From Eledone cirrhosa (Eukaryota): DNA of 64,000 bases. Under the pieces are notes generated by a model. The model had not been told where the DNA came from. It saw nothing but the letters and a program-made list of their open reading frames with translations, and searched no databases. Made by a program: the position numbers and the translations under genes. Positions 41,155-57,380 of the stretch are shown here, piece after piece. The stretch is from contig CAXHJY010000238.1 in assembly GCA_964016885.1 (NCBI GenBank), positions 61,787-125,786 of the forward strand. The letters are read 5' to 3'. The number at the start of each line of letters is the position of its first letter. Positions within the stretch are counted from its first letter, which is position 1.

Positions 41155-41561
41155 ATATGTATGTATGTATATATATATGTATATATATATGTATGTATGT
41201 ATATATATATGTATGTATGTATATATATATGTATGTATGTATATATATATGTATGTATGTATATATATATGTATGTATATATATATGTATGTATGTATAT
41301 ATATATGTATATATATATGTATGTATGTATATATGTATGTATGTATATATGTATGTATGTATATATGTATGTATGTATGTATATATATATGTATGTATGT
41401 ATATATATATGTATGTATGTATATATATATGTATGTATGTATATATATATGTATGTATGTATATATATATGTATGTATGTATATATATATGTATGTATGT
41501 ATGTATATATGTATGTATGTATGTATATATATATGTATGTATGTATATATATATGTATGTA

Positions 41562-42114
41562 TGTCTCATGGTCGGGTCGTTGGCGACTAAACTGGCAACC
41601 CCACCAAGGTTTCTTGGTGAGGAGGGTGACTTTGGACATCCTGCAGGACTAAAAACAAAACCTGTCAAAGCAGCTCTTAAGAGTCAATGGCTATCCAAAA
41701 TCACCGGGAGAGATGACCCCTTAGCCTTTGTCAAGGCAGAATTCTAGGAGAAGGAAAACTCTGATATAACACCCGCAACCCTGATGGTATCCAATGATGT
41801 TGACTTGTTCTTCTTTTTGGTAAATATCATCTTGGTTAAGAGAGTGGGACTGGCTTTGTGCAGTGCCTTTGCTCACTATAAAAGCTTCACGGCACAGGCA
41901 TTGCTTTATATCTGGAGATCTCTCTGCACTTGTCGTCACATGGTACCATGGGCCCAGCACTATGTGTCAATAATTGTCACAGGTGTAGTGTTTGTACCAG
42001 AGTTTTCAGGTGGCTGGCTGGACTAAAAAGTCACACTCGTTCAGCGCATCGGTGGGGGTTCTCCTACATGGATATAAAGTAGTGGCCGTACTCGAAAACG
42101 AGTTGGCAGCCACC
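41562..42114 (+). mobile_element. Bipartite RTE derivative, copy 2 (5'-truncated)
   Basis: Near-identical to copy 1, with a small internal deletion near 41670. Confidence 0.88.
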
Positions 42115-43427
42115 ATATATATATATATATGTATGTGTATATATATATATATATGTATGTGTATATATATATATGTATGTGTATATATGAAGATATATGT
42201 ATGTGTATATATGTATATATATGTATGTGTATATATATATGTGTATGTGTATATATATATATGTATGTGTATATATATGTGTATGTATATGTATGTATAT
42301 ATATGTATATGTATATGTATGTATATATATGTATATGTATGTATATATATGTATATGTATGTATATGTATGTATATGTATGTATATATATGTATATGTAT
42401 GTATATATATATATATGTGTATATGTATGTATATATATATGTGTATATGTATGTATATATATATGTGTATATGTATGTATATATATATGTGTATATGTAT
42501 GTATATATATGTGTGTGTGTATATGTATGTATATATATGTATATGTGTGTATATGTATGTATATATATATATGTATATATATATATGTGTATATGTATGT
42601 ATGTATATATATATATGTGTATATGTATGTATGTATATATATATATGTGTATATGTATGTATATATATATATATATATGTATGTATATGTATATATGTGT
42701 GTATGTGTATGTATATATATATATATGTGTGTATATGTATGTATATATATATATATGTGTGTATATGTATGTATATATATATATATGTGTGTATATGTAT
42801 GTATATATATATATATGTGTGTATATGTATGTATATATATATATATGTGTGTATATGTATGTATATATATATATATGTGTGTATATGTATGTATATATAT
42901 ATATGTGTGTGTATATGTATGTATATATATATATATGTGTGTATATGTATGTATATATATATATATGTGTGTATATGTATGTATATATATATATATATGT
43001 GTATATATATATATGTGTGTATATGTATGTATATATATATATATATGTGTATATATATATATGTGTGTATATGTATGTATATATATATATATATGTGTAT
43101 ATATATATATGTGTGTATATGTATGTATATATATATATATATGTGTATATATATATATGTGTGTATATGTATGTATATATATATATATATGTGTATATAT
43201 ATATATGTGTGTATATGTATGTATATATATATATATATGTGTATATATATATATGTGTGTATATGTATGTATATATATATATATATGTGTGTATATGTAT
43301 GTATATATATATATGTGTGTATATGTATGTATATATATATATGTGTGTATATGTATGTATATATATATATGTGTGTATATGTATGTATATATATATATGT
43401 GTGTATATGTATGTATATATATATATA

Positions 43428-43458
<31 letters not shown>

Positions 43459-44031
43459 GTGTGTATGTGTATATGTATGTATGTATGTATATGTATGTAT
43501 ATATATATATGTATATGTATGTATATATATATATGTATATGTATGTATATGTATATGTATGTATATGTATGTATATATATATGTATGTATATGTATATGT
43601 ATGTATATGTATGTATATATATATATATGTATATGTATGTATATGTATGTATATATATATATATGTATATGTATGTGTATGTATATATATATATATATGT
43701 GTGTGTATATATATAATGTGTATATGCATGTATATATATGTGTGTATATGTATGTATGTATATATGTGTGTATATGTATGTATATATGTATATATATATA
43801 TATGTATGTATGTATATATGTATGTATGTATGTATATATGTGTGTATATATATGTATATATATGTGTGTATATATATGTATATATATGTGTGTATATATA
43901 TGTATATATATGTGTGTATATATATGTATATATGTGTGTATATATATGTATATATGTGTATGTATATGTATGTATATATGTATGTATATGTATATATATA
44001 TGTATGTATATATATATGTATGTATATGTAT

Positions 44032-44480
44032 GCAAAGGAGCTCTTAAGAGCCAATGGCCATCCAAAATCACCGGGAGAGATGACCCCTTAGCCTTTGTCA
44101 AGGCAGAATTCTAAGAGAAGGAAAACTCTGATATAACACCTGCAACCCTGATGGTATCCAATGATGTTGACTTATTCTTCTTTTTGGTAAATATCATCTT
44201 GGTTAAGAGAGTGGGACTGGCTTTGTGCAGTGCCTTTGCTCACTATAAAAGCTTCACGGCACAGGCATTGCTTTATATCTGGAGATCTCTCTACACTTGT
44301 CGTCACATGGTACCAAAGGCCCAACACTATGTGTCAATAATTGTCACAGGTGTAGTGTTTGTACCAGAGTTTTCAAGTCGCTGGCTGGACTAAAAGTCAC
44401 ACTTGTTTAGCGCATCGGTAGGGGTTCTCCTACATGGATATAAAGTAGTGGCCGTACTCGAAAACGAGTTGGCAGCCACC
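44032..44480 (+). mobile_element. Bipartite RTE derivative, copy 3 (5'-truncated)
   Basis: Starts gcaaaggagctc and has the same 3' end. Confidence 0.88.
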
Positions 44481-44657
44481 ATGTATGTATGTATATATAT
44501 ATGTATGTATGTATATATATGTATGTATGTATATATATGTATGTATGTATATATATATGTATGTATGTATATATATATGTATGTATGTATATATATATGT
44601 ATGTATGTATATATATATGTATGTATGTATGTATATATATATATATATATATGTATG

Positions 44658-44688
<31 letters not shown>

Positions 44689-45595
44689 GTATGTATATAT
44701 ATATGTATGTATATATATATGTATGTATATATATATGTATGTATATATATATGTATGTATATATATATGTATGTATGTATGTATATATATATATATATAT
44801 ATGTATGTATATATATATGTATGTATATATATATGTATGTATGTATGTATATATATATATATGTATGTATATATATATATATGTATGTATATATATATAT
44901 TTGTATGTATATATATATGTATGTATATATATATGTATGTATATATATATGTATGTATATATATATATATGTATGTATGTATATATATATGTATGTATAT
45001 ATGTATGTATGTATATATATATGTATGTATATATATATGTATGTATATATATATGTATGTATATATATATGTATGTATATATATATATATGTATATATAT
45101 ATGTATGTATGTATATATATATGTATGTATATATATATGTATGTATATATATATGTATGTATATATATATGTATGTATATATATATGTATGTATATATAT
45201 ATGTATGTATATATATATGTATGTATATATATATGTATGTATATATATATGTATGTATATATATATGTATGTATATATATATGTATGTATATATATATGT
45301 ATGTATATATATATGTATGTATATATATATGTATGTATATATATATGTATGTATATATATATGTATGTATATATATATGTATGTATATATATATGTATGT
45401 ATATATATATGTATGTATATATATATATATGTATGTATATATATATGTATGTATATATATATGTATGTATATATATATATATGTATGTATATATATATGT
45501 ATGTATGTATATATATATGTATGTATATATATATGTATGTATGTATATATATATGTATGTATATATATATGTATGTATGTATATATATATGTATG

Positions 45596-45629
<34 letters not shown>

Positions 45630-46288
45630 TGTATGTATGTATGTATGTATATATATATGTATGTATGTATATATATATGTATGTATGTATGTATATATGT
45701 ATGTATGTATGTATATATATATGTATGTATGTATATATATATGTATGTATATATATATGTATGTATGTATATATATATGTATGTATGTATATATGTATGT
45801 ATGTATGTATATATATATGTATGTATGTATGTATATATATATGTATGTATGTATATATATATGTATGTATGTATATATATATGTATGTATATATATATGT
45901 ATGTATGTATATATATATGTATGTATATATATATGTATGTATGTATATATATATGTATGTATATATATATATATGTATGTATATATATATGTATGTATAT
46001 ATATATATATGTATGTATATATATATATATGTATGTATATATATATATATGTATGTATATATATATATATGTATGTATATATATATATATGTATGTATAT
46101 ATATATATATGTATGTATATATATATATATGTATGTATGTATATATATATATGTATGTATGTATATATATATATGTATGTATGTATATATATATATGTAT
46201 GTATGTATATATATATATGTATGTATGTATGTATATATATATATGTATGTATGTATATATATATATGTATGTGTATATATATATATAT

Positions 46289-47778
46289 GTTGTCCCAGTT
46301 TTCAAAAAGGGAAACAAATCCCTTGCCGTGAATTACCGTCCAATCTCACTCACCTCTCATATCATTAAGGTATTTGAGCGAGTGGTGAGATCGCGAATGA
46401 CCCACTTCCTTGAGAGTAACAATATGCTGAACTCCAACCAGCATGGATTCCGTAATGGAAGGGATTGCCTGACGCAACTACTGCATCACTTTGATGACAT
46501 TTTGAGAGCCTTGGGAGAGGGTTCCAACACTGATGTTATCTACCTTGATTTCAGCAAGGCCTTTGACAGGGTTGATCATAACATTCTACTGAGAAAGCTG
46601 TCCAATATTGGTGTCACTGGAAAGCTGCTGCAGTGGATCAAGAGCTTCCTGTCAAACAGAACCCAACATGTTGTAGTTGAGGGAGTCAAATCAAGCCCAG
46701 CCAAAGTCAGTAGTGGAGTCCCACAAGGCACTGTGTTGGGCCCACTTCTCTTCATCATCTATATTAATGACATCACTGACATCATCAAACACAGCAACAT
46801 TAAAATTTTCGCTGATGATTCCAAGCTCCAAAAGGTCATCAATGGCGTGGATGACCGGATAAGCCTTCAGTCAGACCTACTGGCTGTTACCCAATGGGCA
46901 GAAAAGAACATGTTACTGAACGAGGACAAATTCGAACTGATCCACTTTGGAAAAGAGGATGCTCTGAAACTCCCGTACTCCCTTCCCTCCGGGGAAACTC
47001 TCGTGGCATCTAACAACATCAGAGACTTGGGAGTAACCGTGGACAGCAACATAAGCTGGACCACGCATATAAGCAGCAAAGTTGACATGGCCCGCAGAAT
47101 GTGTTCCTGGATCCTCAGAACCTTCCAGTCGAGAGATTCCCGCACCATTATCCTTCTCTTCTCTACTTTCGCCCGACCACACCTTGAATACTGTTGTCCA
47201 CTGTGGTCTCCCCACACGAAACAAAGTATCATGAAACTTGAAGCTCCTCAAAGGGCAATCACGAAAAAGATAGATGGCATGTCAGACCTTGACTACTGGG
47301 GTCGATTGGAAAACCTGAAACTTTACTCACTCCAACGTCGCCGTGAGCGTTATATTATCTGCATGATGTGGAAAATGTTCCATCATCACTGCCCAAATGA
47401 TGTTGGCATCGCCTTCAAGATACACCCAAGGCTTGGGCCCCGTGCTATCCGTCCCATTCAAAAATCTAAATCGCAACTCATAACAACAATACGGCACAAT
47501 TATTTCACATCAATCGGCCCTGCTCTCTTCAACATCACACCAGGACACGTCAAAACAGAAACTGACCACACAAAATTCAAGAAGTCTTTGGACAAATTCC
47601 TCCAAGTAATCCCGGACAAACCACCCACACCCGGATATGTCTCCGCAAACAGTAATTCTCTTCTCGAATGGGCCATGGTGCCCAAATCCTGAATTGAAAG
47701 ACTTTGCCAGGTGGTGCTATTAAGTTAGACATGGCCTGGACCAATACTGGCCAAAAAATTTCAAAGTTATTCAAAGTT
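46289..47778 (+). mobile_element. 5'-truncated CR1-group LINE, copy 2
   Basis: Near-identical to 27541-28996, about 40 bp longer at the 5' end, one 3-bp deletion (AEKNMLL versus AEKNNMLL), stop at 47692. Confidence 0.93.
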
Positions 47779-47801
47779 ATATATATATGTATATATATAT
47801 G

Positions 47802-47834
<33 letters not shown>

Positions 47835-47863
47835 GTGTATATATATATGTATATATATATATG

Positions 47864-47894
<31 letters not shown>

Positions 47895-47937
47895 GTATAT
47901 ATATATGTATATATATATATATATGTATATATATATG

Positions 47938-47968
<31 letters not shown>

Positions 47969-47981
47969 GTATATATATATG

Positions 47982-48016
<35 letters not shown>

Positions 48017-48087
48017 GTATATATATATGTATATATATATATGTATATATATATGTATATATATATATGTATATATATGTATATATG

Positions 48088-48248
<161 letters not shown>

Positions 48249-48261
48249 GTATATATATATG

Positions 48262-48333
<72 letters not shown>

Positions 48334-48437
48334 TGTATATATAAATATATATATATGTATATATATATGTATGTATATATATATATATATATGTATATAT
48401 AAATATATATATGTATATATATATATATGTATATATG

Positions 48438-48474
<37 letters not shown>

Positions 48475-48541
48475 GTATATATATATATGTATGTATATAT
48501 GTATGTATATATGTATGTATATATGTATGTATATATATATG

Positions 48542-48580
<39 letters not shown>

Positions 48581-48697
48581 GTATATATATATATGTATAT
48601 ATATATATGTATATATATATATGTATATATATATATATGTATATATATGTATATATATATATGTATATATGTATATATATATGTATGTATATATATG

Positions 48698-48742
<45 letters not shown>

Positions 48743-48751
48743 GTATATATG

Positions 48752-48912
<161 letters not shown>

Positions 48913-48913
48913 G

Positions 48914-48960
<47 letters not shown>

Positions 48961-48987
48961 GTATATATATATATATGTATATATATG

Positions 48988-49018
<31 letters not shown>

Positions 49019-49029
49019 GTATATATATG

Positions 49030-49078
<49 letters not shown>

Positions 49079-49085
49079 GTATATG

Positions 49086-49228
<143 letters not shown>

Positions 49229-49269
49229 GTATATATATATGTATATATATATATATGTATATATATATG

Positions 49270-49300
<31 letters not shown>

Positions 49301-49325
49301 GTATGTATATATATATATATGTATG

Positions 49326-49532
<207 letters not shown>

Positions 49533-49549
49533 GTATATATATATATGTG

Positions 49550-49580
<31 letters not shown>

Positions 49581-49661
49581 GTGTATATATATATATATAT
49601 GTATATATATATGTGTATATATATATATATATGTATATATATATGTATATATATATATGTG

Positions 49662-49710
<49 letters not shown>

Positions 49711-49887
49711 GTATATATATATATGTGTATATATATATATATGTATATATATATATGTGTATATATATATATATGTATATATATATATGTGTATATATAT
49801 GTGTGTGTATATATATATATGTGTATATATATATATGTGTATATATATATGTGTATATATATATATGTGTATATATATGTATGTATG

Positions 49888-49920
<33 letters not shown>

Positions 49921-49931
49921 ATGTATATATG

Positions 49932-49963
<32 letters not shown>

Positions 49964-49981
49964 TGTATATATATATGTATG

Positions 49982-50013
<32 letters not shown>

Positions 50014-50199
50014 TGTATATATGTATGTATGTATGTATATATATATATATGTATGTATGTATGTATATATATGTATATATGTATGTATGTATATATATGT
50101 ATATATGTATGTATGTATGTATATATATATATGTATGTATGTATGTATATATATATATATGTATATATGTATATATATATATATGTATATATGTATGTA

Positions 50200-50232
<33 letters not shown>

Positions 50233-50277
50233 ATATGTATATATATATGTATGTATGTATATATGTATGTATGTATG

Positions 50278-50311
<34 letters not shown>

Positions 50312-50574
50312 TGTATATATGTATGTATGTATATATATGTATGTATGTATGTATGTATATGTATGTATGTATATGTATGTATGTATATATTTGTATGTAT
50401 ATATTTGTATGTATATATATGTATGTATGTATGTATATGTATGTATGTATGTATATATATGTATGTATATATGTATGTATATATGTATGTATATATGTAT
50501 GTATATGTATGTATGTATGTATATATGTATGTATGTATGTATATATATATGTATGTATGTATATATATGACATA

Positions 50575-51181
50575 TGTCAGGTCACCAGTTGGTGCTACTG
50601 GTAACATGTATCCCAGTACAACCTGTCTCATGGTCGGGTCGTTGGCGACTAAACTGGCAACCCCACCAAGGTTTCTTGGTGAGGAGGGTGACTTTGGACA
50701 TCCTGCAGGACTAAAAACAAAACCTGTCAAAGGGCAAGGGAGCTCTTAAGAGTCAATAGCCATCCAAAATCACCGGGAGAGATGACCCCTTAGCCTTTGT
50801 CAAGGCAGAATTCTAGGAGAAGGAAAACTCTGATATAACACCTGCAATCCTGATGGTATCCAATGATGTTGACCTGTTCTTCTTTTTGGTAAATATCATC
50901 TTGGTTAAGAGAGTGGGACTGGCTTTGTGCAGTGCCTTTGCTCACTATAAAAGCTTCACAGCACAGGCATTGCTTTATATCTGGAGATCTCTCTGCACTT
51001 GTCATCACATGGTACCATGGGCCCTGCACTATGTGTCAATAATGGTCACAAGTGTAGTCTTTGTACCAGAGTTTTCAAGTCGCTGGCTGGACTAAAGTCA
51101 CATTCCTTCAGCGCATCGGTAGGGGTTCTCCTACATGGATATAAAGTAGTGGCCGTACTCGAAAACGAGTTGGCAGCCACC
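50575..51181 (+). mobile_element. Bipartite RTE derivative, copy 4 (apparently full length)
   Basis: Starts tgtcaggtcaccagttggtgctactgg, the same start as copies 5 and 6. Confidence 0.88.
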
Positions 51182-51200
51182 ATGTATATATATATGTATG

Positions 51201-51236
<36 letters not shown>

Positions 51237-51242
51237 TGTATG

Positions 51243-51274
<32 letters not shown>

Positions 51275-51290
51275 TGTATGTATGTATGTT

Positions 51291-51324
<34 letters not shown>

Positions 51325-51330
51325 TGTATG

Positions 51331-51362
<32 letters not shown>

Positions 51363-51508
51363 TGTATGTATGTATGTATGTATGTATGTTTATATGTATG
51401 TATATATATATGTATGTATGTTTATATGTATGTATATATATATGTATGTATATATATATGTATGTATATATATATGTATGTATATATATATGTATATATA
51501 TATATATG

Positions 51509-51541
<33 letters not shown>

Positions 51542-51550
51542 GTATGTATG

Positions 51551-51612
<62 letters not shown>

Positions 51613-51642
51613 TGTATATATATATGTATGTATATATATATG

Positions 51643-51721
<79 letters not shown>

Positions 51722-51723
51722 GT

Positions 51724-51764
<41 letters not shown>

Positions 51765-51866
51765 TATATGTATGTATATATATATGTATATATATATATA
51801 TGTATATATATATGTATGTATGTATATATGTATGTATATATATATGTATGTATATATATATGTATG

Positions 51867-51897
<31 letters not shown>

Positions 51898-51926
51898 ATA
51901 TATATGTATGTATATATATATGTATG

Positions 51927-51962
<36 letters not shown>

Positions 51963-51990
51963 TGTATATATATGTATGTATATATATATG

Positions 51991-52028
<38 letters not shown>

Positions 52029-52044
52029 TGTATATATATGTATG

Positions 52045-52112
<68 letters not shown>

Positions 52113-52950
52113 TGTATGTATGTATGTATGTATGTATGTATATATGTATGTATGTATGTATATGTATATATATTTGTATGTATGTATATGTATATATATT
52201 TGTATGTATGTATATGTATATATATTTGTATGTATGTATATGTATATATATTTGTATGTATGTATATGTATATATATTTGTATGTATGTATATGTATATA
52301 TATATGTATGTATATGTATATATATATGTATGTATATGTATATATATATATATGTATGTATATATGTATGTATATATATATGTATGTATATATATATGTA
52401 TGTATATATATATGTATGTATATATGTATGTATGTATGTATATATATATGTATGTATATATATATGTATGTATATATATATGTATGTATATATATATGTA
52501 TGTATATATATATGTATGTATATATATATGTATGTATATATATATGTATGTATATGCATATGTATGTATATGCATATGTATGTATATGCATATGTATGTA
52601 TATGCATATGTATGTATATGCATATGTATGTATATGCATATGTATGTATATGCATATGTATGTATATGCATATATATATATATGTATGTATGTATATATA
52701 TATGTATATGTATATATATATGTTTGTATATGTCTATATATATATATATATGTATGTATGTATATGTCTATATATATATATGTATGTATGTATATGTCTA
52801 TATATATATGTATGTCTGTATGTATGTATGTATGTATATGTATATGTATGTATGTATATGTCTGTATGTATGTATATGTATGTATATATATGTATGTATA
52901 TGTATATATATATATATATGTATGTATGTATATGTCTGTATATGTATGTA

Positions 52951-53563
52951 TGTCAGGTCACCAGTTGGTGCTACTGGTAACATGTATCGCAGGATAACAT
53001 GTATCGCAGGATAACCTGTCTCATGGTCGGGTCGTTGGCAAAGGAGCTCTTAAGAGTCAATGGCCATCCAAAATCACCGAGAAAGATGACCCCTTAGCCT
53101 TTGTCAAGGCAGAATTCTAGGAGAAGAAAAACTCTGATATAACACCTGCAACCCTGATGACATATACATACATATATATATATACATATACATACATATA
53201 TATACATACATATACATACATACATACATACAGAGATATACATACATACAATGATATTGACTTGTTCTTCTTTTTGGTAAATATCATCTCGGTTAAGAGA
53301 GTGGGTCTGGCTTTGTGCAGTGCCTTTGCTCACTATAAAAGCTTCACGGCACAGGCATTGCTTTATATCTGGAGATCTCTCTGCCCTTGTCGTCACATGG
53401 TACCATGGGCCTGTGTCAATAATTGTCACAAGTGTAGTGTTTGTACCAGAGTTTTCAAGTCGCTGGCTGGACTAAAAAGTCACACTCGTTCAGCGCATCG
53501 GTAGGGGTTCTCCTACATGGATATAAAGTAGTGGCCGTACTCGAAAACGAGTTGGCAGCCACC
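52951..53563 (+). mobile_element. Bipartite RTE derivative, copy 5 (rearranged)
   Basis: Full 5' start, 17-bp internal duplication, ~95-bp deletion and an inverted microsatellite insertion at 53160-53250. Confidence 0.85.
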
Positions 53564-53608
53564 ATGTATGTATGTATGTATATATATATATGTATGTACA
53601 TATGTATA

Positions 53609-54212
53609 TGTCGGGTCACCAGTTGGTGCTACTGGTAACATGTATCCCAGTACAACCTGTCCCATGGTCGGGTCGTTGGCGACTAAACTGGCAACCCCAC
53701 CAAGGTTTCATGGTGAGAAGGGTGAATTTGGACATTCTGCAGGACTAAAAACAAAACCTGTCAAAGGGCAAAGGACCTCTTAAGAGTCAATGGCCATCCA
53801 AAATCACTGGGAGAGATGACCCCTTAGCCTTTGTCAAGGCAAAATTCTAGAAGGAAAACTCTGATATAACACCTGCAACCCTGATGGTATCCAATGATGT
53901 TGACTTGTTCTTCTTTTTGGTAAATATCATCTTGGTTAAGAGAGTGGGACTGGCTTTGTGCAGTGCCTTTGCTCACTATAAAAGCTTCACGGCACAGGCA
54001 TTGCTTTATATCTGGAGATCTCTCTGCACTTGTCGTCACATGGTACCATGGGCCCAGCACTGTGTCAATAATTGTCACAGGTGTAGTGTTTGTACCAGAG
54101 TTTTCAAGTCGCTGGCTGGAGTAAAAAGTCACACTTGTTTAGCGCATCGGTAGGGGTTCTCCTACATGGATATAAAGTAGTGGCCGTACTCGAAAACGAG
54201 TTGGCAGCCACC
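53609..54212 (+). mobile_element. Bipartite RTE derivative, copy 6 (apparently full length)
   Basis: Same sequence, separated from copy 5 by only ~45 bp of TATG repeat. Confidence 0.88.
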
Positions 54213-54228
54213 ATGTATGTATGTATGT

Positions 54229-54639
54229 TTCCGGGAGAACTGACCCCTTCGCCTTCGTCAAGGCAGAATTCTAGGAGAAGGAAAACTCTGATATAACACC
54301 TGCAACCCTGATGGTATCCAATGATGTTGCCTTGTTCTTCTTTTTGGTAAATATCATCTTGGTTAAGAGAGTGGGACTGGCTTTGTGCAGTGCCTTTGCT
54401 CACTATAAAAGCTTCACGGCACAGGCATTGCTTTATATCTGGAGATCTCTCTGCACTTGTCATCACAGGGTACAATGGGCCCAGCACTATGTGTCAGTGA
54501 TTGTCACAAGTGTAGTGTTTGTACCAGTTTTCAAGTCGTTGGCTGGACTAAAAAGTCACACTCGTTCAGCGCATTAGTAGGGGTTCTCCTACATGGATAT
54601 AAAGTAGTGGCCGTACTCGAAAGCGAGTTGGCAGCCACC
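54229..54639 (+). mobile_element. Bipartite RTE derivative, copy 7 (5'-truncated)
   Basis: Same 3' two-thirds, separated from copy 6 by ~16 bp of ATGT. Confidence 0.88.
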
Positions 54640-54696
54640 ATATGTGTATGTATATATGTATGTATGTATATATATATATATATGTATGTATGTATG

Positions 54697-54727
<31 letters not shown>

Positions 54728-54904
54728 ATATATATGTATATATATATGTATGTATGTATGTATATATGTATATATATATGAATGTATATAAGTATATATA
54801 TATGAATGTATATATGAATGTATATATGTATATATATATGTATATATGTATATATATATGTATATATGTATATATATATATATGTATATATATATGTATA
54901 TATG

Positions 54905-54937
<33 letters not shown>

Positions 54938-55355
54938 GTGTATATATATATGTATATATGTATATATGTATATATATGTATATATGTATATATATATATA
55001 TGTATATATGTATATATATATGTATATATATATATATGAATGTATATATATATGAATGTATATATGTATATATATATGAATGTATATATGTATATATATA
55101 TGAATGTATATATGTATATATATATGAATGTATATATGTATATATATATGAATGTATATATGTATATATATATGAATGTATATATATATGAATGTATATA
55201 TATATGAATGTATATATGTATATATATATGAATGTATATATGTATATATATATGAATGTATATATGTATATATATATGAATGTATATATTTATATATATA
55301 TGAATGTATATATGTATATATATATGAATGTATATATGTATATATATATGAATGT

Positions 55356-56497
55356 ATCATCATCATCATCATCATCACCGTTTTACGTCCGTTCTTCCAC
55401 GCTAGCATGGGTTAGACGGGTTGTCCTGTTGTGGGCAGTGTCTGGTCGGCTGACCATGCCTTGCTCATACAGCAACTGATCTGGCTTGATTTCTACAGCT
55501 GGATGCCCTTCCTAACACCAACCTCATTTACAGTGAGTGCTGGGTGCTTTTTCGTGGCGCCTACACGTCCACTTTACAGTGTGGGCTGGGTGCTTTTTTG
55601 CCGTGGCACCTCCACGACCACCTTGCGGTGGGGGGGGGGGGGGGGGCGCATATTGTTTATATGCTTCAGCATGTACCCATGGGAGGTCGGGTACCCTGTA
55701 TTACTGCGTGACGCCAGAAGTCACGGTCGTGTGTCATTGACTTTGAGAGGTGTAGTTGGGTAAGGTCGGCTTTTATCACCTCATCCCAAGTCATCTTGGG
55801 TCTCCCCACTCCGCGGTTTCCATCAACTTCTAGTGCTCTGCACCTTTTTATGCAGCTGTCATCCTTCATACGCATCACATGTCCATACCAGCGTAACCGC
55901 CTCTCCTGCACGCAGCATTTGATTCCTCTTATGCTCAGTCTCTCTCTCAATTCATTTATGCTTTGTCGTTCACGTATATTACTGTTACACATCCATCGGA
56001 GCATGCAGGCTTCGTTTCTCTCTAATCTACGTAAGTCTTCCACCTTCAGCGCCCAGGTCTCACTACCATGCAACATCGCTGTTCGGATACACGCATCATA
56101 CAGTCTGCCTTTCATTCTGAGGGAGAAGCCTTTTGCAGCTAGCAGTGGTAGTAGTTCCCTAAACTTCTTCCATCCCGTTCTTACCCTAGTTATTGTACTT
56201 TCTGAGCACCCACCTCCGTTGCTAATTCGGTCACCTAGGTAGCAGAAGCTGTCTACTGTTTCTACAGGGCCCTCCCAGAGATTGGTGGTACTTGTTTCCT
56301 GTGGCTGTTTGCTTGCTGTTTCAGCACAGCTGCTGCATGTGAATCCTACATTCTTAATTAAGCTTCCTGAGATCCCGCTACATCTCTTGTGTACCCATTG
56401 TTTGCATTTGGGGCAGAGAATGGAGTTCCTACCTACACCTTTCCTACATACTGAGCAAGGCCATTTCCCTGAGGGGATCTGGGTTCTGTTTTCTCGT
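55356..56497 (-). mobile_element. 5'-truncated young PHD-type RTE copy
   Basis: Near-identical reverse complement of 16660-17784, including the poly-C tract and (GAT)n tail. Confidence 0.95.
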
Positions 56498-56692
56498 ATA
56501 TATGTATATATATATGAATGTATATATGTATATATATATGAATGTATATATGTATATATATATGAATGTATATATGTATATATATGAATGTATATATGTA
56601 TATATATATATGTATGTGTATATGTATGTATATATGTATGTGTATATGTATGTATATATGTATTGTATGTATATATATGTATATACATATAC

Positions 56693-57380
56693 CAACGTCA
56701 CCGGTTTATGTCCGTTCTTCCACGCTAGCATGGGTTAGACGGGTTGTCCTGTCGTGGGCAGTCTTGCTCATACGGGAACTGATTCTGGCTTGATTTCTAC
56801 AGCTGGGTGTCCTTCCTAACACCAACCTCATTTACAGTCAGTGCTGGGTGATGTTTTTCCGTGGCGCCTACACGTCCACTTTACAGTGTGGACTGGGTGC
56901 TTTTTTGCCGTGGCACCTCCACGACCACTTTGCAGTGGGAGGGGGTAGGTGCATATTGTTTATATGCTTCAGCTCTGGCTTGTACCCGTGGGAAGTCGGT
57001 CTCTGTATTACTGCGTGACGCCAGAGGTCACGGCCGTGTGTCATCGCCCTTGAGAGGTGCAATTGGGTAAGGTCGGCTTTTATCACCTCATCCCAGGTCT
57101 TCTTTGGTCTCCCCACGCCGCGGCTTCCATCGACTTCTAGTGCTCTGTACCCTTTTATGCAGCTGTCATCCTTCATACGCATAACATGTCCATACGAACG
57201 CAACCTCCTCTTATGCTCTGTCTCTCTCTCTCCCTCAGTTCGTTTATGCTTTGACGTTCGCGTATTGCACATCCATCGGAGCATGGAAGCTTCGTTTCTT
57301 TCTAATCTACGCAAGTCTTCTCCGGACAGCGCCCAGGTGTCACTACCATGTACCATTGCTGTTCGTATGCTCGCATCATA
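56693..57380 (-). mobile_element. Older RTE 3' fragment
   Basis: YDASIRTAMVHGSDTWAL..LERNEASMLRWMC..GRPKKTWDEVIKADL plus the RTE 3' UTR. Confidence 0.88.

Noticed and set aside
50575-50735. Possible HDV-like ribozyme at the 5' end of the bipartite element
   Set aside because: Hairpins followed by CTAA are present (gtcgttggcgactaa, tcctgcaggactaa), but I could not assemble a consistent P1/P2/P3/L3 double pseudoknot by eye. It needs a descriptor search.
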